Assembly (NCBI GenBank): GCA_030390025.1
Contig: CM059440.1
Coordinates: 15,810,001 to 15,874,000, forward strand
Length of the DNA: 64,000 bases
Direction of reading: 5' to 3'
Source: Squalus acanthias
Lineage: Eukaryota
The translations under genes and the position numbers were made by a program. The first letter of the stretch is position 1, and each line of letters starts with the position of its first letter. Below, piece after piece: positions 51,034 through 63,368 of the stretch. Below the pieces are notes generated by a model, which had not been told where the DNA came from, did no database searches, and saw nothing but the letters and a program-made list of their open reading frames with translations.

Positions 51034-52317
51034 TTTTTTTTATTCGTTCATGGGATGTGGGCGTCGCTGGTAAGGCCAGCATTTATTGCCCATCCCTAAT
51101 TGCCTTTGAGAAGGTGGTGGTGAGCTGCCTTCTTGAACCGCTGCAATCCTTGTGGTGCTTATTGCTTTTCGTAGCGGTTTGTTACAACTGAGTGGCTTGC
51201 TAGGCCATTTCAGAGGGCAGTTAAGAGTCAACCACATTGCTGTGGGTCTGGAGTCACATATAGACCAGGTAAGGATGGCAGATTTCCTTCCCTGAAGGAC
51301 ATTAGTGATCCAGCTGGGTTTTTATGACAATCTGATAGTTTCATGGTCACCATTATTGACACTAGCTTTTTATTGCAGATTTATTTAATTAACTGAATTT
51401 AAATTCCCCAGCTGCCGTGGTGGGATTTGAACTCATGGGCTCGATTTTCCAAGCCCCTTGGAGGCGGGAGTGGTGTGAAAATTGCAGATTCGGGGGGCAC
51501 GTACCCATCCCGCCTCCATGCCAATGTCCCAGGAGGCGGGTACCCGACCTGTGCTGGGAGCCACCTCCCCGAGGCGGGAAGGGGATTAGTGCCAATTAAC
51601 TACCTGTTAACAGGCAGTTTTTTTGCTAATCCCTATTTTTAGCCCTGAAGTGTGGGCTGCCCAACGGCTCCAAACCACGCCAAGTTAGCGAGGCGGACCG
51701 TCGGTCTGCAGGGCTTGGAGGGGTCGAGATGTCCGGTGTACAGGTGAGTGATGGGTGCATGAGTGCAGAGGTAAGTGTGTTTGGTGTGTGTAAAGTGTTT
51801 TAATAAGTTTTACTTACCTTTACTTTCTCCTCCAGGCTTCCTCCCTTCAGTTCTCGGGAGTCCCTCAGCTCACCGGCACAGAAAGCACAATGGCCACTGA
51901 GCTGTCAAAAGCTGCAGCCTCTGCTTTCTGGTCTGGAGAGCTCTCCAACTGAGTCTGAGTAGAAGGACTCAAGTTAGAAGACAGATTGTCAGTGTTTGAC
52001 AGCTTCACAGAGCTGTCAAATGCTGATATTTCATCTGTCAAAAGCTCTTGACAGATGAAATGTCAATCGCTGACATCACCAGTATCCAGGTGTCCCTTAA
52101 TTGGCCTGCTGAGCCCGCTGGGCGGGCTTAACAAGGTCAATCAAGGGAAAGTAGCGTGGGTTGGCCACAAATCGATGAAGCGGGACTGCAACCCAAAAAG
52201 TCGGAGTCCCGCCTCCATCACGTCCCCATTGACAAAATCGAGCCCCATGTCTCCGGATCATTCGTCCAGGCCTCTGGATTAATAGACCAGTAACATAACC
52301 ACTATGCTACTGTTCCC
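51034..52317 (-). mobile_element. tRNA-derived SINE with LINE-derived 3' tail, split by a nested transposon
   Basis: Head (A box tagcatagtgg) at about 52299-52309. B box gagttcaaatcc lies immediately past the insert and is rejoined to the head on its removal. Tail 51034-51147 is nearly identical to LINE end 3087-3187. Confidence 0.85.
51437..52245. mobile_element. PIF/Harbinger-type non-autonomous element (809 bp)
   Basis: Perfect 12-bp TIR GGGCTCGATTTT / AAAATCGAGCCC; 3-bp TSD CAT at 51434-36 and 52246-48. Confidence 0.9.
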
Positions 52318-54179
52318 TATAATTCCTTGCTTTCAAAATTCAGTTTTTCAGTATAATCTAAAATAATTTTTATATTTGGTAAATGTTTTTGATGCCATTT
52401 AAAATATATCTCTCACTTTTAATGTCAGCATCTTCCTTTTAGTACAATAGATCTACTCCAACCCTTACTTGTGCTTTTTCTGTTGCTAATTGTGAAGTAC
52501 CAAGAGACTACAGTGAAATGTGCAGAAGTAGGTCTTGTACTGACTACACACTCTACTCGGAGATAATGATCAGCAAGGAAGGTATTGGTGTTGGTGAAGT
52601 GATAGCCCTGACACTTTTTTTCATGGGAACAGATTGCAGTTATGCGACAGATCAGTGCAACAGTACATCAGTGTCACACTGCTGTAGAAATCTGACCAAG
52701 TAAAAGGTGTGATAAAATCTGCTAACCTTGTTCACTGTCAGGTAACGGCTACGATAATTAATTTCACAGTAGCCTTATATTACTAAAAAAAAGATAGCTG
52801 GGAGAGTAAGTTTCAAAGCACTAGCGTTTTTAAGGGTTTCAAATACTGTAACATAATCAGAAGAGCAAAGTTCAAGCAGTTAATTAAGGTGCTCTGAATG
52901 TTTCATCATGTGATACCACTGAAATGCACTCTTAAATATTCCTTGTTCTCTACATGGTGAATATGTAGATACATTAATGTATTGAGCAATCCAGAGTTGA
53001 TGTCTGGGGCTATCAGTGAGCGTGACGGTGTTATGTTAGGGGTTGAGACTAACAGTCTTTTTTAAGACTCCAAAATTAAATTTGAATATCCAAAAGGTGA
53101 GAATTGAAAGAACAATAGTGCATGAAAAGTGCAAAAAAAATCAGCGTGAAACTGTTAATTTCCTTTGTGAAGGGTTGCAGGGTGCCTGCACTCCCCATGG
53201 ACAATCTGTCAGCATCAGGAAGTGCTCTTAAGTAGAGGAGGCTACAGACAGAGGGGGCAAGACAGGTTTGCGGGAAATGATAAAAGGAGCTTAAGGAATC
53301 CAAAATGGAGAAAACCTTGTCTCCGCAGCCTATGGTGTGAATTTTAATATACATATAATATGCTCCACAGGGAGGAATGAGAGGTCAAAGGAAAATGTTC
53401 TCCCCTGATCCACTCCCTTTCCTCTACCCAACTGAAAACAATAAAAATAAGGATCCTTAAAAAAAAATTGTAAAGGAAAAAAAAATCAAAATTATTGACT
53501 GATACCTTCCCATGTCCCATTAATATGTTTAAATACTATACTTTGGAATCAATACAGTTGAATTTATCTGTCTAAAAACACGGTTTTATTGTATTTATTA
53601 ATTTTGTTACCAAATCTAATAACAATGTCAAAGTGATTAAAAAAGTGGGTTGTAGACATCCTTTGCCAGAAAAAGTTATCAGAATTTTTAAAAACTTTGT
53701 CTTAACTGTGTACTATATAACAAGCATGCCCTTCGTACTTACCAGAAAAAAGCCTCAGTTAAAGTGAATGGCATCCTGTGAAGCATTTTTATGGTTTTCA
53801 GTGGCTTCCATTGAGGGTACAAGCTTAAATTGTTCAGTAGCCTGATGAGTTACTGCTAGTGTTGTCGGTATGCAGTGATTTTGTGCTGATATGTCACATG
53901 GATAGAAATCAAACTTAACTCTGGACTGATGCCATACAATGAACATTTTGTTGAAGCCTCCACATTGATGCAGTTATTGTGCCCATGAAGGACGTACTTG
54001 ATGATTTACGAACCAAGTCTGCTTAGGTTTAAAATAGTCCATTTATGTATTCTAACTTTGGCTTCCATGCAAATTTGCTTTATAACTTTGTTTACCAGAA
54101 CACATCCAGGTTCTGTGATGCTGATGGCAGCACAATGCAGTGAACATAGTTTAATAGTTTTGTTCTCCTTAATAAATTT

Positions 54180-54368
54180 TCCCACCAATTTTCTACCCGC
54201 TTCTCTTCTTCTGAAATTATTTCCTTCCTTGTTCCATGTGCCTTTCGATAGCTTACCCAAGTACCCATCACAAGTATGAGCCTTGACTATACGATAGGTT
54301 TGTGGATGCATCACAGATGAGACAATCCTCACCCAGTGTACCCCAAGCATGGGTCACTGGATAGGGAG
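54180..54368 (-). mobile_element. Family A SINE, degraded
   Basis: ccaattttct.., acccaagt, gcatcacag..atcctcaccc and gggtcactggatag. Confidence 0.6.
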
Positions 54369-56509
54369 GGTGCTGTAGTTCTGGACTTGGAGCGAGTGGG
54401 GAGGCCTATGGCTGTGGCTGGGAGGGAATGGGATGGCAGCAACTACCCGGTGGGAGTGTGGGGGGCCTGAGCAGGAAGGCAACTGTGCCTTGGTGGGGCT
54501 TTAGTGGGAATGGGAAAAGGAGATTCACAGTTGGAGTGGCCAGGCTGCAATCAGCTAACCGAGAACAGACTAAAGATAACACCTGAGAACTTCTGGATCA
54601 ATATGGCTCGATACCATGTCGAGCATTGGCTTTTCCCCACTGAGCCATTGTTTATGGCATTTTTTTCCACGGGAAATACATTGGGGGCGGGGGTGGGGGG
54701 CGGGGGTGGAGGGCAAGGTTTAAATACATTGTCACTTTAATTTTGTTTGCATATCCTGAGAGCCTTTGAACAGTGTTGTATTATATGTATGGTGGGGGGG
54801 GGGGGGGGGGCGGGGCGGGGAGGAACATACAGAATTTAATAAAATGATCTTCACCAACCAAATTGAGTTGTTTTGTCTGAAGAATTTTGGAAGCAAACCT
54901 GAAACGGAATGTACCAGAACATAATTAAAAAGCTGCTCTCCCTTAGGGCCCTAACAGAAAGGACAAAAATAAACACCATTTCTTGTTCTTCCAAGATTGC
55001 CTCAAAAAAAATAACAGACAAGGTAACAATCCAAGCAGACAAAACAGCCTCTGTCCTGGCACAGGCCAAAGGATTTATTTTAAGCTGCCTTCTTTATATT
55101 CTCCAAGCTGCCTGAATGCCAGCTGTTCTTGGGCTATGTCTTTTGTTTTACAGGGTCATTGTTTTCATTCCATGAAAGGAAAACTTGCACTCTTGAGCAA
55201 AAAAAAGAAGGGATGGGGAATAGAGGATGATTTTAACTCCTTAACTGCTCTAATTGCTTGCAACAAATGCAGGTCTGGGTGTAAGCAGTATGAAAATAGT
55301 TTGTTCTGATAGAATTGACGAGGTTCCTAGTTGGATATGAAGGACACAAGTAAAATTTCTAGTGACAATGAAAATGTCAAATGGTGGTGGCATGGAGTTT
55401 CCAAAACTCTTCCGCATCCCAGTTCTTGAGTGTCTTCTTTTTCCTTTAACTAAATAGCAAACCTACTAGTTGAAATAACATGCATCTTTTAGGAAAAAAT
55501 ATACAAAAAAAAAATGTTTTAAAATGTCTTATGTATGCTATGGTGAACTAAAGGTTTAAAATTTACTGGGATTTCTTTGCTCGAAGCAAGCAAACAGTGT
55601 ATCTTTGCATTGTGATCTGATTTTACTAGCATCGTGTGCCTTGTGGAATTAAAAGTATGGACAATTACTAAAATGTCTGATTGAAAGATTTATTAACTTT
55701 CCATTCTTTTCCCTAAAGAAATAACAATGTTGGAATAATTGTAACTCTAATTTCACCACAATCATTCCAGAGATATTACAGTAAATGATACTTTTAAAAG
55801 AAATTGAACTGTTACAAAGAATTATCCTTAACCCTAGATCTTATTTTGTGTGTATAACGCTTTTTTCTCAGTATTTTCATTTAAGTTGAATGTGGTGACA
55901 TCGTTGCCCTGGAGTGTCTTCTGATATTGTCCAGCTCCCGCACACACCATTGAGGTTTTGTATTTCGTACAAGGCCATTTCCCTGATAGCACCATCAACA
56001 CTCGCTGTTGAAATAAAAATCCCCCCCCCCCCCCCCCCCCAAAAAATCAATCGCAACACAAGAATTTTTTAACCTTGTAGATTTCACTTGATTGGCTTTT
56101 AAATGAAGTACTGTTGGTAAGACTCCCTCCATAAAAGTAGAAAGCTTATTGTGTGGAATTGTTTGGTTAGTACTAGCTGGAAGAGATAAATCTTACCAGA
56201 ACCAGCATAAAAATTTTAACAGCAGTAATCCTTACACATGTCTACAGTGCAAAGAACTGATGTACCCTGTGTGTTGCTCATAAAATATTTAAAAGCTCTG
56301 AGTTGTTGCATCTCAGAGATTTAAAAAAAATACAAGGCAGATGCATTAAATGATTTCTGAAACAAAGTATATGTTGCTTTAAAAATGTTTCCGTTCAAAT
56401 ATTTATTAAGTGGGTGTGTGCAAGGTAAGCCGGGGTGGGGGGGAAGAGTTGACATCTGAGCCAAAGTGGAATTTTTTCATGACATTTTTGTTTTGTGGGA
56501 TTCCCCGCG

Positions 56510-56718
56510 TTAATCAGTGAGTTAATGGGTAGCTGAACCATGCGGATCCCAAATTCAAACACTGGTCTGTGCTGAGTTAGCAGCAGCAGTGGTGCTATAA
56601 CCGCCCTCCCAGCCCCAGGGTTCCCACTCTTGATTGCTATTCAGTGATCCCTGCTGGAAAATGTACGTGATTGGACATTGGTTGAGGACAGGATTAGCTC
56701 GTTGTGATGCCCTCCACG
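56510..56718 (+). mobile_element. Family A SINE 5' half
   Basis: ggtctgtgctgagttagc, cagggttcccactcttgattgctattcagtgatccctgctggaaa and tgaggacaggatt..tgtgatgccctccacg. Confidence 0.8.
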
Positions 56719-56729
56719 CTAGTACGACG

Positions 56730-57145
56730 CTCGGTGTGATTTTAAAGCAGCGCATGAAATGGGTGCGGAGTGTCCGTTCATGAGCCGTTTTGAGGTACCG
56801 GGTCTCATTAGCATGCTGCCAGTGAGCTGCAGGCACCAAGTGGGCATCCCGCAGCAGGTTGCTGGTTCTGGGAAGGGTGGGGAATTGACAGGCTCCCATG
56901 CTGAGCTGGCCAGCAGGTCAGGTCTTAGGGGGAGGGGACCTCGAACAGGCCAGCAGTGGGACAAAGGTTTTTTTCAGGCACCCTGTGTGCCTACTGGGAC
57001 CACAAAAAAAGTTAGGTTTCCTGGGCCAGGAAAAAATTACGTTTTATGAGCAACCTCCAGCCGTCCCTTCAGGGTAGACCCTATTTGCATATTTAAGCAG
57101 CGTCCGACCTGTTTCAGGTGGGTGGACTGCTCGCCCATTTACCTG
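56730..57145. mobile_element. Degraded Harbinger-like element
   Basis: gattttaa start; ctcattagcat, gggaccacaaaa and atttgcatattt motifs shared with 9541 and 13200. Confidence 0.5.
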
Positions 57146-59859
57146 TGGTTGACTCTGAAATTAATTAAATGAAAATCGTCTGTGTTCTACAAGGGACAGG
57201 TGATTTACTGTAGACCAACAGCCTGTTACTTTTAAAATAATTGTCTCCCTTAATTGTCATTAGGTCTTATAAGTTCTATAAACCCATGAAAAGTTGTGCA
57301 GCTTATAGATTTTAGATAATAGTCCTCCTTTTGAACTATTCTTAAAAGCAAAATGTTTCTACTGAATTGCCACATAAGTTTTGTTCCAGCGATGATAGAA
57401 ATGGGAAGGAAGTGCTATCCACAGCCCACCATTTCCATTCATGGTATTAAAGCATGGGAAGTTATACACAAGATGTCTACTCTCAGGCTATCTCTTAGCA
57501 AACCTTTGCTTTAAAACTGTTCTAACAAGGAACAACCAAGCGACACCAATAAGTGTTCGGATGTGACCAGTTAAAGTACATCAATGGAATGCACTTCCCC
57601 ATTCGCTGTTCTTGCCTAGAAGACAGAGCTAGCCAAGAATTGGTACACAATCTGGCGATGCAAACCTAAATATTACTGTATGTGTCAGAAGCTGTCTAGC
57701 CCAAATAGAGTCAGGAGTTCTTTTCCACTTAGTAGCCTGACTGGAAAAGAAGCTCTTCCATTTCCCCTGAAATGTCAACCTTTTTAACCAGCCTACTGGG
57801 GATTTGTTTAAAAAAAATATCTTGGGTCGCGTGTTCTTTACAATGCTTTTGCCAATGCAACCTTGACTTCATAAGCAGCGCTGTAGAGCAAACAAGGTGG
57901 CACTTCTGGCACAGGTGGAGTCAAGACCCACATAATGAAACGGAATCTCCGGTACTTTTAGAAGCAGCAGTGTAAATGCTGCAGCAGGCATCACGGGCCA
58001 CCATTTTGTCTTGCTATAAGCATGCTGATCACTCAGCCCACCCACACAAGAATGGATCTGGCAGGACTGGAACAGTCCCACAGCCAGAAATTAAGTTGCC
58101 TGTCTTGACTTTCAAAAAACTGTGCATTGTGAAGCTTGTACACACACAGTTATCTGTTGTTTTTGGTGATGTGTATTATAAACAGTACCGGGGGCTCAGC
58201 ATATGACAGAATCCTCTTGAAGCAATTCTGTAATGTAAATGCAGTGTGCCTTTGTAATCAGCCCAAAATAATGGTTTCTCATTAAAATACCGAGTATTGT
58301 CAGATATTCTATAAATCTTTATTTTCAACAGATGCTTGACTTAAGCCAATGCCAAGCATCAAGCAGCAATTAGGAAAGCATCAAACTTGCCCATGAGCAA
58401 AACACACTCTCTTACCCTTAGAATAAAACTTTTTTCTTTGGTGGAAGGTTTAATTACTTACCGAGCCAAACTGTCTGATGGCCAAAGGTGTGTTATGTTG
58501 GCCCCGAACTCCAACGAAACAGGTTGTCATAGGTTGGATGCAGTGGTCACCGTGGTAATTTGTAACTCCAAAGGCAAACTGTCTAAAGTCACTTTTACAG
58601 CGGTTTTATTGAAGCTGGAATTCTGGGAGATGAGCATTCACAAGCCAGCTTTTTGCACATGCACAGCTGATCCAACTCCCCCATCCCAGTGGCAGACCCC
58701 TGTAGATGCAGTTTTTGTTGTGGGTCTACGAATCTTCCAACGGGATAAGGGAGTGAGTGGATTTAGCAGATGCGTCGCTGAGAGCCAGCTCACGCAGGCC
58801 GGGCTAATAGAACCCAAATTAAAACGGCTGAATACTGTGTTCGGAAGCCATACAAAAAGAGTGCTTTAGTGAGGGGTATGTTACAGAAGGGAATTTTTTT
58901 TTACAGTTTCTGTATTATGGGCAATCCTATTTAGTATACCCAAGATAGTCATCTATCCATCCAACGCTGATTAGCTACAAGATCTCTTTTTTGGGGGGGG
59001 CATGGATTACTACCCAGCTACAGTTCCATTCTGGAAGTTTCACTGGGACATCGTTGCTCTCGTGAGGATGTGACTGTTTTTATTACAAGCTGCAGTGGCT
59101 CTGAGATGGAAAATGATTACAAGCCTGTCATAATCTTTTCACTGACATTACATTTGAATGGTTTAAACTGCAATCTATCAGAAGATCACACTGTTTACAC
59201 TAGATTTAAAAACTGGCATAATTGAAAAGATTCTAAGGGACTCGCAGTATGTCGCCATCTTAAATAGTGTGTGGGTGGTTTGTTTACTCACAGGAATGTT
59301 TGGCCTAGTTTCTGGAAATTTCTGTTAGCAATGCCCCCTTTTAATATTCACTGGGGGAGGGGGGGGGAGAGGGTAGGAAGGGATTACAAAAAATGTTTGT
59401 GATATTTTTGCAATGCAACGGGAGATCTTTCAGGATTAAAAGAATGAAGTTCTTTTCAAGTCGTGTGAGTTGGCAGTCTTAGGCCAGTTCCTTTTATATA
59501 TTGTTCAAAAAAATCCTAAATCATCTGCTACTGAGAGATGAGCACTATTTGTCTAGCTACACTTTGGCCTAGACCCACTGTTATGTCGGTTGCTATGGAG
59601 GGAAACATTTCAAGTGCCAGATTAAGAAAGAAACTGAAGTGAAATGGATAGAAATATGATCCGTGTTTAAGAGTGTGAATCACTGCACCACTTCAAGATG
59701 GGGCTGGCTGTATTGAACTCATTCTTCCCACCCCCACCACCACAAAAAAAAGTAGTGACTGACACCTTCCAGTTCCTTTCAAGCAGAGTTCAGGTTTCAG
59801 ACCTTTATAGGGTCTGTTTACAGATCAACCAAAAAAGCAGCTGTACATTCAAAGCAGGT

Positions 59860-60014
59860 TTCGTATCGGAATGTCTGCTTGCCTGCCTGCCCGCCTGCCT
59901 CAGGCATTGCCAAGTGTTGGCTGTTAGAGTGGTTGTGTTTGCTCATTGCATCTCAGACAGGCTGGCGATATGGATAGTCTGTCACCATGAACGCACTGCA
60001 CTCAGTTTGACCCA
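59860..60014 (+). other. Candidate alternative first exon
   Basis: Unique GC-richer sequence, Kozak-like gtcaccATGA and donor CCA|gtaagg followed by a G tract. YY1-like and RFX-like motifs upstream. Confidence 0.25.
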
Positions 60015-60810
60015 GTAAGGACTGAAAAGTTAAGAAGGGGGGGGGGGCGGGGGGGGGGGGGGGAAAAGCTGCCTTTAGATAGATATGTTAGTTTCGGATT
60101 CAAGAAGCGGTATAAATGTGGGAGTGTTGTTCAATTTCAGACTTAATTCTGAATTAAAAACACAGCGAGAAGCCAATTCAATTCATATCAGTTTTGTGTA
60201 ATCCATAATGCAGTATATATCCTGCTGAAGTATTGAGCAGTCTTCTTACTGGCACTGCCGTTAAAGGTTCAGAAGTAACGCTTTGGTTGCTGCACAAAAA
60301 CAGACTATTGTACTATTTAAGTATTGTAATCATGTTTAAACTAAGATGAATGTTGTGAATTAGCCTAATAAGTAATTGCACCATATGATTCTGACTAATT
60401 CCATGCCATATGGTTCGCAGTCTAGATGTGTTATTGGAAATCTCTCTCTGTTACTTTTTTTATTCTGGGAGTAAATTTCCCTAAATTACTATTTTCTTAC
60501 AGAAGGAACTTCGATGTTAATGACATCATTTGTGGAGTGTTCAAAATGTTCAACATTCCATGAGCTTGCAAATGTTAATAAAGATCTTTTTATTCAGCCT
60601 TGAATTGTACTATCTGACCCCCAGAGACTTCTAACCCTTTGACCTAGTAGCCTTATTGCATCTGGATTTAAACCAAATATTTCCAGTATGGTGTCAATGG
60701 ACATTTCAATTTATACCGATGGCATCGCATGTTAGGTGCAGCCAATGAAAGTTTATGTTTGGGTGTGACACCTCAGTAAAAACAGATGTAGATTTCGAGG
60801 AAATTACAAA

Positions 60811-60813
<3 letters not shown>

Positions 60814-60848
<35 letters not shown>
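60814..60848. repeat. (TG)n microsatellite
   Basis: Direct reading. Confidence 0.95.
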
Positions 60849-60852
<4 letters not shown>

Positions 60853-61084
60853 ATATTTTAAAAATATATAAATAAAATATAGCAAGAATAAAGGCCACAA
60901 TTTATATTCCTGTTTTATTAACCAACTAAGTAAGGAAATTTTATTTGAAAAAAGAGAAATGGAAGCAATACAGTTTAAAGAACGAAAAAGGATGATATGG
61001 TAAGCAATATGTGATGTCAGTATTAGACCACTAATACAGCGAGCCACAAGGACGCTACTGAACAAGTTGAACACAGACAAAGAT

Positions 61085-61451
61085 GCTGATGTGGTGTGAA
61101 ACTGAGATACACAGAGCAAGAAGGTTGTGGGTTTGATCTTTGGTCTGTGCTGAGTTATCTGATCTGAGCCAGGGTAGCACAGGGTGCAACTGGCCACAGT
61201 AGTCTTGAGTTAGGGAAGGTGCGGGGGTGGGGGGGCAGTAGGGGGAATAGTCCAGGGTTCCCATTCCTAATTGCTATTGAGTGACTCCTGCTGGAAATTG
61301 TGTTTGGCGTTTGAGTGAGGATGGGGTCAAGCTTGGCCTTGATACCTTGCATGGTCAAATAGCCTGCTGACACCCAGTGTTTAGGCTCACACTTGGACAC
61401 ATACTGGAGGATTACTGGTACAGCAAATATCAGGAGAGGAGGGGAGAAAAT
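61085..61451 (+). mobile_element. Family A SINE, near full length
   Basis: ggtctgtgctgagttatctgatctgagccaggg, ccagggttccc, aatagcctgctgacac..taggctcacac and caggagaggaggggagaaaat. Confidence 0.8.
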
Positions 61452-63129
61452 CCAGTTAAAATCCCTTACTGACATTTTGCAGGGATGATCACAAAATGCA
61501 CAATAATAAAGCGAAGTTGATATTAACAGGAACTAGCCCAAAACTTTATTAGTCAGCCATTATGATCATGCAAACCTGAAATTTTGTTCCCAGTTCCTTA
61601 CATATATAATGTTAATTTGGGTTAGAGGTTAGTGCAAATTAATCCCGCCTTTGCAGAAATAGAGCACGTATGCATTCATTGACATCGTTCCACAAGCATT
61701 TATGATGGATCTAAACGCTAAGTGGATGAAATTCCTCCTGTTGATAATTTTACTGAGAAAAGTCAGCAGTACAAAATGGCAAATCCTGTACTGCATTCCC
61801 ATTGATACTTTCTGGTAACACTATCAAAGGGAGGAATTTCACTCCCCAAGACACAGAAAATTTGCAACCTACAAGATTTAAGATGTGTATCTATATAATA
61901 TTTTCAAAATGGCCAAACGGATGTAAACAATCTTGGAAATTCAGTAAAGTCAGCCTTAGTGTCATAATTTTGAATGTCTTCTGATCTTGATTGTGGTCGT
62001 TGTATATAATGGGTATGTCACTTGGCATTTAGCCATTGAGAGCACTTTAAAGTAGTCACTGCTCACAGGACAGTCTGTCCCCAGCTGTATACAGATAAGC
62101 TATTGAGTAATCTTCCTCCCCCTCTCTGGGCCCTTTGTGCAACATTAACTGCAGAGTACACTGTGCTTAGTGATTGGATTTTGAAATGAGAAAGAAAGGA
62201 GTAATTTTCCTGGAAAGTGGATTCCGTGAATAATGGGACTGTGCCGTACTCAGAATTGCTGCTTTCTGAACTACATAGTTCTCTTTACATATTAAGGTAG
62301 TTACACAATCCACTATTTTTTTTCAAGTTAAATCACATCCATCCTCCTGTTAATACCTATGATGTCTGAAGTTTGATGACAGAAATGCTAAGTCTGTTAC
62401 TTAAACCCACAACAAAAAATGTAGAAGCATTTGTTTGATTGCATAACTACCTATAAAAACATATCACACCATCATTGCTTCATCCTGAATAAGCTTCCAT
62501 TCTACTTTTCACACGAACAGCTAGGAGATGTAACTGTAAATTTATCTCCACTACCTGATTCCTTGTGGCATTGCTGACAGGTAGGCAGGGATCTGGTACA
62601 TGGTTGTGTTGTTTAGCTGCTAACCTGGCGTGTGATTTTAAGGCCACTGCTCATTGCATGTGGAACTGCAGGTGATTGTAGCTGCTTATAAGTATTCTGA
62701 GGTCAATTAAAGGTCAATAAATTGCTTGTAAATTTTGGGCTCCAGGTGAAAAGAAGTAATAATGAAAAGCTTGGCTTTCTTTCTCTCTTTTTGAAGATTG
62801 TTTTGTACCTGCAGCAAAGTATGCCGTCTGGAGTGTGACGGGTGTGTACTAGACTCAAGACTGTACGTCCATCTGTATATATGTGTATATATACACACAC
62901 GTATGTAATTATAATTTGTTTGGTGTTTTAGAAGAGTCAAGCCCCATTAATGACAGGAATCCAGTTCAGTGGAATGCTGATCATTAACAGATCCTGTTTT
63001 TAAATCCTTCAAACACTGCTATGGTGTTGTGCTTGTTTCTCCACCCCCACCCAGCAACAAAAAATCCCAATTTAAGGATACTCATTCCAAATGTGATTGT
63101 TAGCAAATCTGTAGATCTTGACAAGCTCG

Positions 63130-63368
63130 CTTTGATGGATGCAGCTGCAACAACACTCAACACCATCCAGGATAGAACACTACGCTTGATTGGTGCCGCT
63201 TCTATGAGACTAAATATCCACCCCTTCCACCACCGGTGCACTGTGGCTGCAGTATATATGATCTGCATTACTCGCCAAGGTTAATTTGAAGGCACCTCCT
63301 TCCCCTGCAACCTCTATCACCAAGAAATACAAGAGTAGCAATGTTCATGGAGCATCACCACCTCCAAT
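63130..63368 (+). mobile_element. Older LINE ORF2 fragment, same family as 3087-3432
   Basis: Translates MDAAATTLNTIQDRTLRLIG...NIHPFHHRCTVAAV, then degraded DNA matching the SPRL..HL..EHHHL region of the 3137-3421 ORF. Confidence 0.75.

Noticed and set aside
54683-54823. G-run clusters as functional G-quadruplexes (also poly-C/G at 19206, 56021 and 60037)
   Set aside because: Homopolymer runs are frequent throughout the window and nothing points to function.
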